In this document: one piece after another, positions 40,401 through 50,770 of the stretch | How the letters are laid out: each line of letters starts with the position of its first letter | How positions within the stretch are numbered: the first letter of the stretch is position 1 | Source: Antedon mediterranea | Lineage: Eukaryota > Animalia > Echinodermata | Direction of reading: 5' to 3' | Length of the DNA stretch: 64,000 bases | NCBI RefSeq assembly: GCF_964355755.1 | Contig: NC_092680.1 | Location: 930,001 to 994,000, forward strand | Made by a program: the position numbers and the translations under genes | The notes under the pieces: model-generated | What the model saw: only the letters and a program-made list of their open reading frames with translations | Databases searched by the model: none | Told to the model about the DNA's origin: nothing

Positions 40401-42921
40401 AGTTTGACGCAAGTAAATTGATGGAGCATTCTTCAGAGCTGCTAGTGTCGGCAAGAGACGAAGGATCACCACCCAAATCGTCCATGACGAGTATATTAAT
40501 TACCATTCTTGATAATGCTCCTAATTGTCCTGTATTTTCGGCAGAGTCATCGTTTATAGTGCTGTATGTCTCCCCCAAACCGTCTCAAGACGTGTACATA
40601 CGAGCAGTCGTAGCCAACAGTAAGACGATTTATTACTCGTTATATCAGCATTCAGCAGCGAAGGGAATTACTTTTAGGATTGGAGAGTTGTCTGGTTTAC
40701 TAACGCCAAGTGACGTATTAGCAGTGGGAGTCTATTCATTTGTCGTAACAGCATACACGACTGGAGAGGGGTCGTGTATTTCTGGAATGACCGTTATGGT
40801 AGAGGTACACTCTTCTGAGAAAGAAACTGTCATGTTTACGTCATCGACCTATCGTCCTAGTGAGGGCGTATCGAGCACCAGGACCCCAACATTGGAGGCC
40901 GTTGAACACCCTAATGGTAGTTATTTTATAAATCAACTGTTTTAATAATTTGTTGTATAATGTAAAAACGCGATATACATTGTTCCATGTTAATTTTAAA
41001 GAACTCTTTAAATATCTTAATGCAATCTAAATATACCCATATTAAGAGGAAAGTTTCGAGGGCCAATAGTGTACCCAGGGTGTTCTCTAAATAGGAGTTG
41101 ACCATAGTGCTAAATATATTTAATTCGTTAATGGATAACAAAAATATATTGACAGTTACTGAAATATACTTTTTGTAGATTGTGAGACACTTGGATGCGT
41201 CAATGGCGGTAGCTGTGTCAATAAAATCTGCATTTGTTCGTGTCCGTATGCTGGTGACTTTTGTAAGATAGGTAAATAATTATGATTAAGGTACTTTTAA
41301 GAAATTTAAAACTATATTAGTTGTATGGTTAAATGATTTAATCCAATTCTGCGCTACAATAAATCAATAATAGTATAGGCCTAAGCATAATAGTGATCTT
41401 AATTTTAATATTTATCATTATTACCAGAAGAGTCAGTATGAGAAAATGTCATCTGCACAAATTTGCAACTTCATATATCTATACTAAAAAAACGTTTTTG
41501 TATTTTGTTTGAAGAATCTCATTGTATTGAGATGACAATGAAGGTTGAGCGAATGTCTGGACAGCCTGCGCTCTATGATCTCAGATTAGGCGACAACTCG
41601 GATCCTCTCTTCTTAACTTATGCAGAAAAGGTTCATGATTTTGTAAGTTTTCAAAGATCAACATTATTATTCAAAGGATTCAATCTTTGGCATCGTTTTT
41701 CGTCACTATTGCAGTTCTATATAGGAGCGGATCCAACGGGAGACCAGCCGAAAACTTTACGTGACAAAACAATGTGATGTGACCATATAATGGGCATGAT
41801 GATGTCATATCACTACCATATTTGGTAGTGATAGGTTGATAGTGTAGACAGAGCTTTAAAATCTGTTTTTTAATTTTAGGTGGAGAGTGCTATTTACACG
41901 AACGATATCTTAGCTCAATCTTACACTGGGAACACAGTGACTGAATTCAGTGAGGGCAGTCTAATGGTGGATTACCACGTGACATTTCACAAGAAATCAT
42001 TGCTGACGTACACTGAACTTCAAAGTGTTCTTATCACCGCACTGTCCGAGTATGATGGCGACGGCTCCTTAACAATTGACAGTACAACAATTACAACTTC
42101 AGGTAGAGAGCAACTGCACCTCCTCAATAAAAAATCATGTTAAGCTAATAATCAACATTTTGGGCAACATTAAAAAGCATAGCATTATTATCATTAAAGT
42201 TGATTCCCACTAAAGCGTGGTTCCCACTAGAGATGCAACGCAAGGACGTACGCGCAACGCAAGCGAGTTGACCAATGACAAGTCACTGTTCGAATAATCT
42301 ATCACTTGTGATTGGTCAAATCACTTACGTTGCGGTACGTCCTTGCGTTGCGTCTGTAGTGGGAACCAAACATTAGACGCAACGTAAGTAGTTTGACCGA
42401 TCATGATGTGATGTGCATCATCCATTGACTGGTTATTTGTATGCATGCTTGCATTGTGTCCTAGTGAGACCAATCAAACTTTATGTGACAAACAAAGTTG
42501 ATGTACCCATATATGGACATGATGATGTTATATTACTACCATATTTGGGTACATCACATTATTTCGTTTGGAAAGAGCTTTAATCTATTTTTTAAGCAAT
42601 TTGTAATCTTATCTTTCAGAGAGCGATGGAAATAACGTAGATACAACCAAACATGATGCTGGTGACGGCGTTGATATTGGTGGCGGTATAATTGCTATCA
42701 TTGCAATCATTTGCGTGGGTGTTATCATAGTTATCATAGTAGCCATTGTTTTACTAATCAGACGAAAACAAAAACGACGTAGTTACTATAACAATCTTCG
42801 TGGCCATCCAATTCAAATGACAAATGTAAAAAGACAAGCTAATACTCAGGATGGTGAAGAAGTAACATACCGTGGTCGTTCCGCCTCATTAGAAACTTCT
42901 CCTTCAGAAGAACGACTATAG
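28462..42921 (+). CDS. Bark beetle/Anakonda-like giant type I transmembrane protein (~3169 aa): signal peptide, 3x[SRCR + parallel beta-helix + CUB-like], C-type lectin, EGF, 2 degenerate cadherin repeats, EGF, SEA, TM, cytoplasmic tail
   Basis: Coding exons with GT/AG ends and matching phases: 28462-29110, 29645-30198, 30672-30891, 31349-33781, 34342-37197, 37531-38364, 38807-38901, 39261-39395, 39602-39689, 40017-40916, 41179-41271, 41515-41642, 41880-42102, 42620-42921 (9510 nt, divisible by 3, ends TAG). Signal peptide MKRIPRIIIVCLLAGFVTSG; SRCR motifs LKGGASPNEGRLEM and LSGGKTPAEGRLEI; three NWWG motifs; CTL CPIGFTKIGLYCY...WL...C...CNQWLSFVCK; EGF CSMRGRCIAPNLCHCYVGFQGKSC; cadherin ARDEGSPP; SEA GSLMVDY; TM IIAIIAIICVGVIIVIIVAIVLLI followed by RRKQKRR. 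Confidence 0.88.
30340..30572 (+). mobile_element. 5'-truncated LINE 3' remnant (L2/Crack/CR1 group) in Bark-like intron 2
   Basis: Translates as SSFKVAGARIRNNLPTEIK, then SFKARYRSYF in a shifted frame, resembling the F..AG..LWN.LP..IK...SFK..LK.Y end of L2/Crack ORF2; ends in an AAATAAATAAATA tail. Confidence 0.6.
31131..31256. mobile_element. MITE family C copy in Bark-like intron 3
   Basis: TAA+AGCTTTGTCTACATTATCAAA ... TTTGATAGTGTAGACATATCT+TTA. Confidence 0.7.
33824..33980. mobile_element. MITE family C copy in Bark-like intron 4
   Basis: TAA+AGCCCTGTCTACACTATCAAAC ... GATAGTGTAGAAAGAGCT+TTA. Confidence 0.75.
42198..42474. mobile_element. Family B MITE (42214-42372) nested in the left TIR of an older related copy, last intron of the Bark-like gene
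   Basis: AGTTGATTCCCAC-TAA-[AGCGTGGTTCCCACTAG...GTGGGAACCAAACA]-TTA-GACGCAACG. Confidence 0.7.
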
Positions 42922-42939
42922 CAAATGCAATCTATATAA

Positions 42940-43148
42940 AGCGTGGTTCCCATCAGAACGCAACCCAACGTATCGCAGCAACGTATCGACGCAGTATTGC
43001 GTAATCTCAAGTGGGAACCGACGACGCAACAGTACTGCAAGAATCGCAGGTTGAATTTACGCAGGCGGGGGCAAACACAATTATTGGAAGGGCATTTTCT
43101 TACGTTGCCTTGATTGCGTTACGTTTCGTCGCTAGTGGGAACCAAGCT
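42940..43148 (+). mobile_element. Family A MITE ~18 nt after the Bark-like stop codon
   Basis: TAA+AGCGTGGTTCCCA...CTAGTGGGAACCAAGCT with the family A core. Confidence 0.8.
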
Positions 43149-44672
43149 CTAGTGATTACCTCACATAACAAGTTTAAACTTATACTCTGTCTACACTATC
43201 ACACTTTATGTGACAAAAAAAATGTGATGTGCACATAATGGACATGATGATGTCATATCACTACAATATTTGGGCACATCACTTTTTTTGTCACAAGGTT
43301 TGATATAGTGTTGGATTTTCAATGCTCAAATAGTATACGTATAAAACGCCATATGTGCCAAAATATTATCTTTTTACTAATATTAAGTCAAAATTATCTG
43401 GAACCCAGACTAGTTTATTTAAACTGCTCTTCATCGCCCCAGTGATTTAGCCATAAAGAGAAGTTGGTTTTAAAACAATTAATTTAGTGGGTCACGTGGG
43501 TGAAGGCAAACGTAGGAAGAAATAATATAAATACAAACTCTGCGCAAGTAACAAACAGGAAATAATTTTTATTTTATTAACATTTGTTTTTTCGAAAAAA
43601 AAGGTAAAATGTAAAGATACACAACAACAAAAAAACAAAAAACTCGCTCACATTTTGTTATTTGTGTGAGTATTACGTCATCATCGTTTGGTACAACAGA
43701 ACAAAGTTATATTTGAAAAATAAGAGGAGGTTGAATACTGAATAGTCTTCTATTTAGCAAATATATTCGCACGAATCGAACATAGTTATGATTGGTTGCA
43801 CAATTTTCCACTTCAAAAAAAAACTTTGGTCAATTTTTTGATATATAAATAAACTAAAGTTGGTCAATTGCGGGAGCCTGCATTTAGAATATAAATAATA
43901 TGACTATAATGTGATATGAAGACGAGAAGAATATATTTATTTAAAGTAGATTAATTAACATAGAATCAACATATTAGGATACATATTAAACAAGTGACCA
44001 GTTTATGAAACAAAAGAAGCTAAAACATATGTCCAAACATCATTAGTAATCTGTTTAACCAAACATATCCATACGTCTGGTATACTCTTATCAAGTGGAC
44101 AGTATGTGACAAACACAGATGTATTAACACGCCATACTTTGCGCCACAGATTGCTCTTATCATAAGATTATTTTGTCTAATTTAATTAAATTGTAGACAA
44201 AATGTATTTTCTAGGTCTGCAATATACATTAATAATGTAGAAAATAGTCTAAGTAGCGTCATGTTTACATCGATAATGCTTAATTTGGCCGTCACTATTT
44301 ACTTAGGGCGGCGTTGTCATATCATATTATTCATTAATTAAACAAATAACACATCATTTAATTCATATTGTTTTGTCTATATTACCCTTTTTCTCTAATT
44401 TACTGTGTATTTGACAGAATATAAAATCTCTTTAGTCAGTTATTAGGCCAAATTCGTGGGTTGAAAATGTTACTTAAGAAAAAAATATAGATTAAACCAA
44501 ACAGGTGTTTTTGTCACTGTGAAGCATATCTTAACATATAGTATTGTCATGAATAAATTTCAATTATTATATTGTTTTTTGTTTATAATTTGTTTTGATT
44601 TAGGTTGTATTTCTCAAGAAAAACTTTAGGTCCAATTTTTGGTTGAAATAAAGAATACTAGGTGATGTCAGC

Positions 44673-45379
44673 ACATTGTTCAATATTTCACATAAAATGT
44701 TCACGTTTTTACTTCGTGTCATAAATAATGTAGCATCATCATGTCAACATTTATTAGCTTCTATCAATGGTAAACAACACAATTAAAAAATAGTAATTCA
44801 TTAATTCATTCATTTTACTTTTATTTCGGAAACGGACGTCCATAGTAACAAAATCAATTGCATGAATAAGTTTAAAAAAAATAATAATGAAACAATACAA
44901 CAAAAATTAATAGGGATCTTGCAAGAAGAAATTTCTTGTCACGCAAGACCCATAAACGAAAAGAAAAAAATGCATTTGCATGTGGTTTATGTCTAGTTCA
45001 ACATTGTTCAATATTTCACATAAAATGTTCACGTTTTTACTTCGTGTCATAAATAATGTAGCATCATCATGTCAACATTTATTAGCTTCTATCAATGGTA
45101 AACAACACAATTAAAAAATAGTAATTCATTAATTCATTCATTTTACTTTTATTTCGGAAACGGACGTCCATAGTAACAAAATCAATTGCATGAATAAGTT
45201 TAAAAAAAATAATAATGAAACAATACAACAAAAATTAATAGGGATCTTGCAAGAAGAAATTTCTTGTCACGCAAGACCCATAAACGAAAAGAAAAAAATG
45301 CATTTGCATGTGGTTTATGTCTAGTTCAACATTGTTCAATATTTCACATAAAATGTTCACGTTTTTACTTCGTGTCATA
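44673..45379. repeat. Near-perfect ~329-bp tandem duplication (~2.15 copies) just upstream of EndoU
   Basis: ACATTGTTCAATATTTCACATAAAATGTTCACG recurs at 44673, 45001 and 45330. Confidence 0.9.
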
Positions 45380-45630
45380 CTAAATATAAGCAATAATGAA
45401 TTGTCGTTTTCAATTCTATTATTAAAAATAATACCTGTGTCATGTACGTCGAGATGTTTATCGGGATATGTGTTACTTCCTTTGATTACGACGATGTTTA
45501 TACAGTGTTAATAATTGACATACTATATTGTACAAAAGACAATAAATGGACAACAATCTGAGACAAATTTAAAGTATTCCCTAGACACCTGTCGTCGACA
45601 TAATAAAACTGTTGTACTAGTTTAGGAGCG

Positions 45631-48600
45631 ATGAAGACTATTTGCATACTGCTGGTTTGTGCAGTTTCTCTAACGATTGTCGGTACGTATTTATCAATTT
45701 TGTGAATGCTTTTTTTTATCATTATGCCTGGTATTAAACTTTATAGAACTGTTCAAGTAAATGGCGTAAGAACTTAGCCTAAATGATCTTGCTAGACCTC
45801 CGTGATGTTAGGCATATGGCGTTGTCTTAGCTTAGCTATAGAGTGTTTACTAAAATTGGAGCCCAAGAGGTGGCCGTATTTACCAATCACACTAAGCTTG
45901 GTTACCACTAGCGACGCAACGTAAGAAAATGCCCTTCCAATAACAAGTAATTGTGTTTGCCCCTGCCTGTTTGAAATCAAATCTGCGGAACTGTTGCGTC
46001 GTCGGTTCCCGCTTGTGATTTACGCAATACATCACTTTGCGTCAATACGTGACTGCGTTGCGTTCTAGTGGGAACTACGTTTAAAGTTTACCAAGAACCA
46101 TATTTTGACAACGTATAAAGCGCGGTTCCCACTAGAACGCAACGCAGCGACGTATTGACGCAAAGTGCTGTATTGCGTAATCACAAGTGGGAACCGCCGA
46201 CGCAATAGTGCTGCTGCAAACATCGTAGGTTTGATTTTACGCAAGCTTTAGGGATGTACATATATGGTTTCAGAACAATATGGTGTCAAAATATGGTTCT
46301 CGGTAAAGTTGTCCTTTAAATGAGAAGTATTTCACTTACATCAATACATATTTAAAAATTATCATTAAATGTATTCACTTAAAATGAAACATGATCAAGC
46401 TTGAGGGGATAATAATGATTAACTGATGATGACTTAGTCATGTCCAAATTAATGTGATCTTACTGCCATTCTTAAATTAAATTTGGTCAGGGTTAAAAAA
46501 GTTATGGAATAAACCGCATAGAACCAGCAAAACGTTTAACGGATATATGTATATTATATTTTTTCTCCTTAGCTGCTGGTGATTCATGTTCGGGTAGATG
46601 TGATTCAGGCTTTAGCGGGTCATACGACTGTCAGTGTAATACGCACTGTGTTAATTACGGAGATTGCTGTGCCGACTATTCTCAACAGTGTTTAGGTAGG
46701 CCACTTTTCTTTCATGTTTGACGTGATCGGGGCAAGCACGATTATTGGAAGGGCATTTTCTTACGTTGCGTTACGTTGCGTCGCTAGTGGGAACCAAGCT
46801 TTAAGCACGGTTCCTACTAGAGACGCAACGCCGGGACGTACGCGTAACGCAAGCAAGTTGATCAATGACAAGCCACTGCTCGAATAATCCATCGCTTGTG
46901 TGATTGTTACGTTGCGTTACGTATTTTTGTTGCGTCGCCTGTGGGAATCAAGCAACGTACGTAAGTGATTTGACCAATCAAAAACGATGGATTATTCGAA
47001 CTGTCGGTTGTCATCGTTCAATTCGCTTGCGTTACGTCAACATCTTTGTGTTGGGTCGCTAGTGGGAATCAAGCTTGGAAACAATTGTGTTTCCATTTTG
47101 TTAGGTTCATGTGCTGGGCAATGTGACTCCGACTTAGATAACACGAAACCGTGCCAGTGTAACTCGGCTTGTACGACGTATAATGACTGTTGCACAGATT
47201 ACTCAGCGTTATGTTCTGGAGGAGGAGGAGGAGGTGGTGGAGGTTTGTAGGCATTGTTTTGGTCGATTTGCTCTTTATATTCCAACTACCTCAGCTCGTA
47301 TAAGGAGGAGGAGTTTTGTAGGCATTGTTTTGGTAACACTTTGAAAGTCCATTTGCACTTTAAATTCCAACTAACGTATATCGTGCTGAATACAGTGTGT
47401 TAGATCCTGGAGGAGATATGTTTTGGTAATAAAGTGTAGCTTATTTGCCTTTAATTACCAGAATAATAAAGCGTTCGATTAGTATGGGTTCCAGGCCGAG
47501 TTTGACTTAATATTAGTAAATTAAAGCGATAAATATTTTGGCACATATGGTGTTTCATACGTGTACTACTTGAAATCTCGAAATTGGTGCAAGTCTGGTG
47601 TACGGCATGCGCATTTATTAAATTTAAATAGTTCTGTAATTACCTTCTATGGTAAATGACCATTGTACTACAGTATAAATCATAAATAATATCAGTATTG
47701 CTTAAAAATAAACTACATTGCCCATTACAAAAATCTTTTGTCGAATATAAACTGGATCGAGAAACATAAACCGTTAAAGTGAAAAATAGTCGACAGAAAG
47801 CATTGTTTGCAGTTGAATTTTGTTTAAATGTACGTTACGTTATTTTTTATATGCGAAATTATTATTTTGTTTTGGTGTTTTTTCACTAAAAGTGAATGAC
47901 TTTAACATTTTAACATTCTAAAATAGGGTCACCGACAGATTTACAAACGCTAGCAGATGCGTTATGGTCGGGAGACGTCAATCGCGCGGACTCGAAACAG
48001 TTTACAGTCAACAAGCAGACCTTCCTTTCTAACACCAACGATCAAGTTGATAGGTCCAGTGCACCGTGAGTTATTATCCTTCTATTCTATTATCAACATC
48101 CATATCTATTTATTAATTATGGACTTTCCGAAGAATCAGCATAAAATGGTATCGTGATATCTGCGCACCGTACCATCCGCATTTACAATTTTCGCGGACC
48201 CTATAATAGTTAAGCGTGGTTCCCACTAAAGCGTGGCCCCCACTAGCGACGCAACGCAAGGACGTAACGCAACACAAGTGAATTGACCAATCACAAGCGA
48301 TGGCTTATTCGCTTGTGATTGCTAACTGTCTATAACTTCGCTTGTCATTGGTTAAAACGCTTGCGTTGCGTTTACGTCCTTGCGTTACGTTCTAGTGGGA
48401 ACCAAGCTTTAAGCGTGGTTCCCACTAGAACGCAACGCAACGACGTATCGACGCAAAGTGCTGTATTGCGTAATCACAAGTGGGAACCGACGACGCAATG
48501 GTGCTGCAAAAATCGCAGGTTTGATTTCACGTACGCAGGCGAGGGCAAACACAATTATTAGAAGGGCATTTGCTTACGTTGCATAGGTTGTTACGTTGCG

Positions 48601-49968
48601 TCGCTAGTGGGAACCAAGCTTAAAACGCAACGTAACGCAGCGACGTATCGAAGCAAGGAAACCTCTGACGACGCAACAGGTTTGATTTGCGTTGCGTGAC
48701 TAGTGGGAAGGGAACCACGGTTTAGGCTAGTAATGAATTCGGTTCTACTCCAAGTCTTCACATCAAACTTCTTCAGTTGATGTTCAAAAAATAAAAACCA
48801 AAACATGTTTTTATTTTCTAGACTCTTGTCGTATGTTGACAGTTCATTGCTCAGCAAAGACACGTATGCAAAGTTTATTGCGCTACTTGATAACTATGAA
48901 GCGCGCACTGGAATTGACGACAGTCCCAGTTTGGCAGAGACCAGAGAGAAAGACGCCTTTGTCAGTGCCATTCTCAGTACAAATGTTATGGAGTTGACCT
49001 ATGACTTTCTGTTTTTAAAAGGTAATAGTTACAACCATTTGTTGTTTTCGCCAGATGCTTTTTTGTTGTTGATAATTTTCATTATTGTTATAAATGATGC
49101 AAATTTATCTTTATTGTTTTCTTTTTTGCGTAAAGTGACGTCACACAGATGATCCCTATGATTTTGTCTACAAACGATGGCACCCAAACCGTTTAGGTAA
49201 AACGTTCAACATGTCTGCAATGAATTATATTTGTTTCATGAATGTTTATCTTATTGACTAAAATCGTTGTTTTTACAGGCAAAGTTTCGAGTAAGCAGGA
49301 TTTTCAGGCTCAGTTCGAGGATATGTGGTTTAAAAGTTATAGCAGAAGCTCCCCATCTGATACCTCTGGATTCGAACATGTTTTTGTCGGTGAACAAAAA
49401 AGTAGTTCCGTGAGTGGTTTTCATAACTGGATTCAGCTGAATAGCGAAGAGAATAATGGAGCTCTCAATTATTATGGCTACTCCAAAGAAGCTTCCGTAA
49501 GTTTTCTTTTATAAGGCACTATTTTAGATTAACAAATTATACAGTATAACGGTCCTAGGCTTACATCATATGCATTTTGAAAAACAATACATGTATTCAG
49601 AGAAAAATATTTTGCTTTAGGCCAAATAAAAAAGTAAGTATGTTTCACTCAAATACTTATAAAAGTGGATTTTTTTTTTAGTCGGCCTACTATTAAAAAT
49701 GAATAAATTTACAATAAAAATCACAATATTTTTTATTTTGTAGCCGAATTTATTACTTTTCCAATTTTCTTGGGACGGTAAGATAAAAAAGTTGAGTTCG
49801 ATCATGTTTGGCGCAAGTCCTGAGTTTGAGATGGCGTTATTCACCACGTGTTTCCTTACTGAACGCAACAATCTATGTTCGTTTAAATTGGATGGAAACA
49901 ACGTAGACATACAGACGTACGACTACAAGGGAGAAAGCGTCATCGGATCTGCATACTTTTCAGTATAA
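45631..49968 (+). CDS. ENDOU: Uridylate-specific endoribonuclease (EndoU/PP11/XendoU family), 364 aa, with signal peptide and two somatomedin-B domains
   Basis: Exons 45631-45682 (MKTICILLVCAVSLTIV), 46573-46695 (SMB1), 47105-47242 (SMB2 + poly-Gly), 47927-48065, 48822-49021, 49279-49496, 49744-49968 (TAA); 1095 nt, phases consistent. Family motifs SGFEHVFVGE, GFHNW, WDGKIKKLSS, GASPEFEMALFTTCF and IGSAY are present. AATAAA at 49973 and 50018. Confidence 0.93.
45895..46310. mobile_element. EndoU intron 1 MITE cluster: family A (-) ~45895-46080, and an internally deleted family A (+) ~46119-46246 inside a small IR element ~46087-46306
   Basis: Family A TIRs and core; outer IR TTTACCAAGAACCATATTTTGACA / TGTCAAAATATGGTTCTCGGTAAA. 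Confidence 0.7.
46725..47075. mobile_element. EndoU intron 2 MITE cluster (right half of family A plus two family B copies)
   Basis: GTGGGAACCAAGCT-TTA-AGCACGGTTCCTACTAG junction at 46800-46804, B cores, last terminus GTGGGAATCAAGCT at ~47075. Confidence 0.72.
48213..48721. mobile_element. EndoU intron 4 nested MITEs: family B (48230-48408) and family A (48412-48620) inside the left TIR of a host copy
   Basis: AGCGTGGTTCCCAC-TAA-[B]-TTA-[A]-TAA-AACGCAACG; the host TIR is restored when the inserts and one TAA are removed. Confidence 0.8.
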
Positions 49969-50310
49969 GTCGAATAAATATTGACTCACGTAGCTGAACA
50001 TATAACCTGCAGGACGTAATAAAATGTTCTGCCAAAACCTGTGTCTATTCTTATTCTGTTCTGATTAATTTGTTTACATATTTCATATCCATACACATTT
50101 ATTCAGCTATAACAATAATAGGGCTCCGACAATACATGAAAAGAAATATAAAACAATAAACAATTAAACAAATATTGAGCACAACAAAAGTTGACTTAAC
50201 TCAAAACAAAACGTTTATTTTAAATAGTAATTCGTTTTATGTACTAGAAATCAAGGGACGATCTTGAATTATCTGAATTATCTGAAGAACTGCCCAGAAA
50301 TAGAACGTAA

Positions 50311-50770
50311 AAAATGGCCAAATTTCAACCCTTTTATTTTTTGACATAACAAGTTACTATGGCTCTATAAGAGGATGATAACACCATATATGCGCATATA
50401 TGACAATATTATGGCATAATTATTGAATTTTAAAAAGTTAATATTTTGACCTTTATTTCGAAAAAATCCATGTACTATAGTACAGGGAAATTTTCTGAAA
50501 ATGGCCAAATTTCGACCCTTTTATTTTTGACATAACAAGTTACTATGGCTCTATAAGATGATGATAACACAATATATGCGCATATATGGCAATATTATCA
50601 CATTATTATTGAACTTTTAAAAAGTGGATATTTTGGGCCTTTTTGAAAAAGGGAAATTTTCGAAAAATTGCCAAATTTCGACCCTTTTATATTTTTGACA
50701 AAGCAGGTTACTATGGCTCTATAAAAGGATGATAACACAATATATGTGCATATTATGGCAATATTATTAT
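50311..50770. repeat. Diverged ~170-190-bp repeat x3 between the EndoU and SGK3 3' ends
   Basis: AAAATGGCCAAATTTC(A/G)ACCCTTTTAT...GTTACTATGGCTCTATAA recurs at ~50311, ~50498 and ~50665. Confidence 0.85.

Noticed and set aside
31395-40578. Minus-strand and alternate-frame ORFs overlapping the Bark-like exons
   Set aside because: Shadow ORFs of long coding exons with no recognisable motifs.
46119-46800. Left and right halves of a family A MITE seemingly bracketing the SMB1 exon (Pack-type exon capture)
   Set aside because: The left piece ends in its own terminus CAAGCT+TTA and sits inside a separate IR element, so it is an internal-deletion copy. The two-SMB layout is also shared with vertebrate ENDOU and so is probably older than these MITEs.
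43011-48863. Short ORFs with IGRAFSYVA or LVPTSDAT-like peptides (43011, 45792, 48319, 48591)
   Set aside because: They are translations of MITE sequence, with no transposase motifs.
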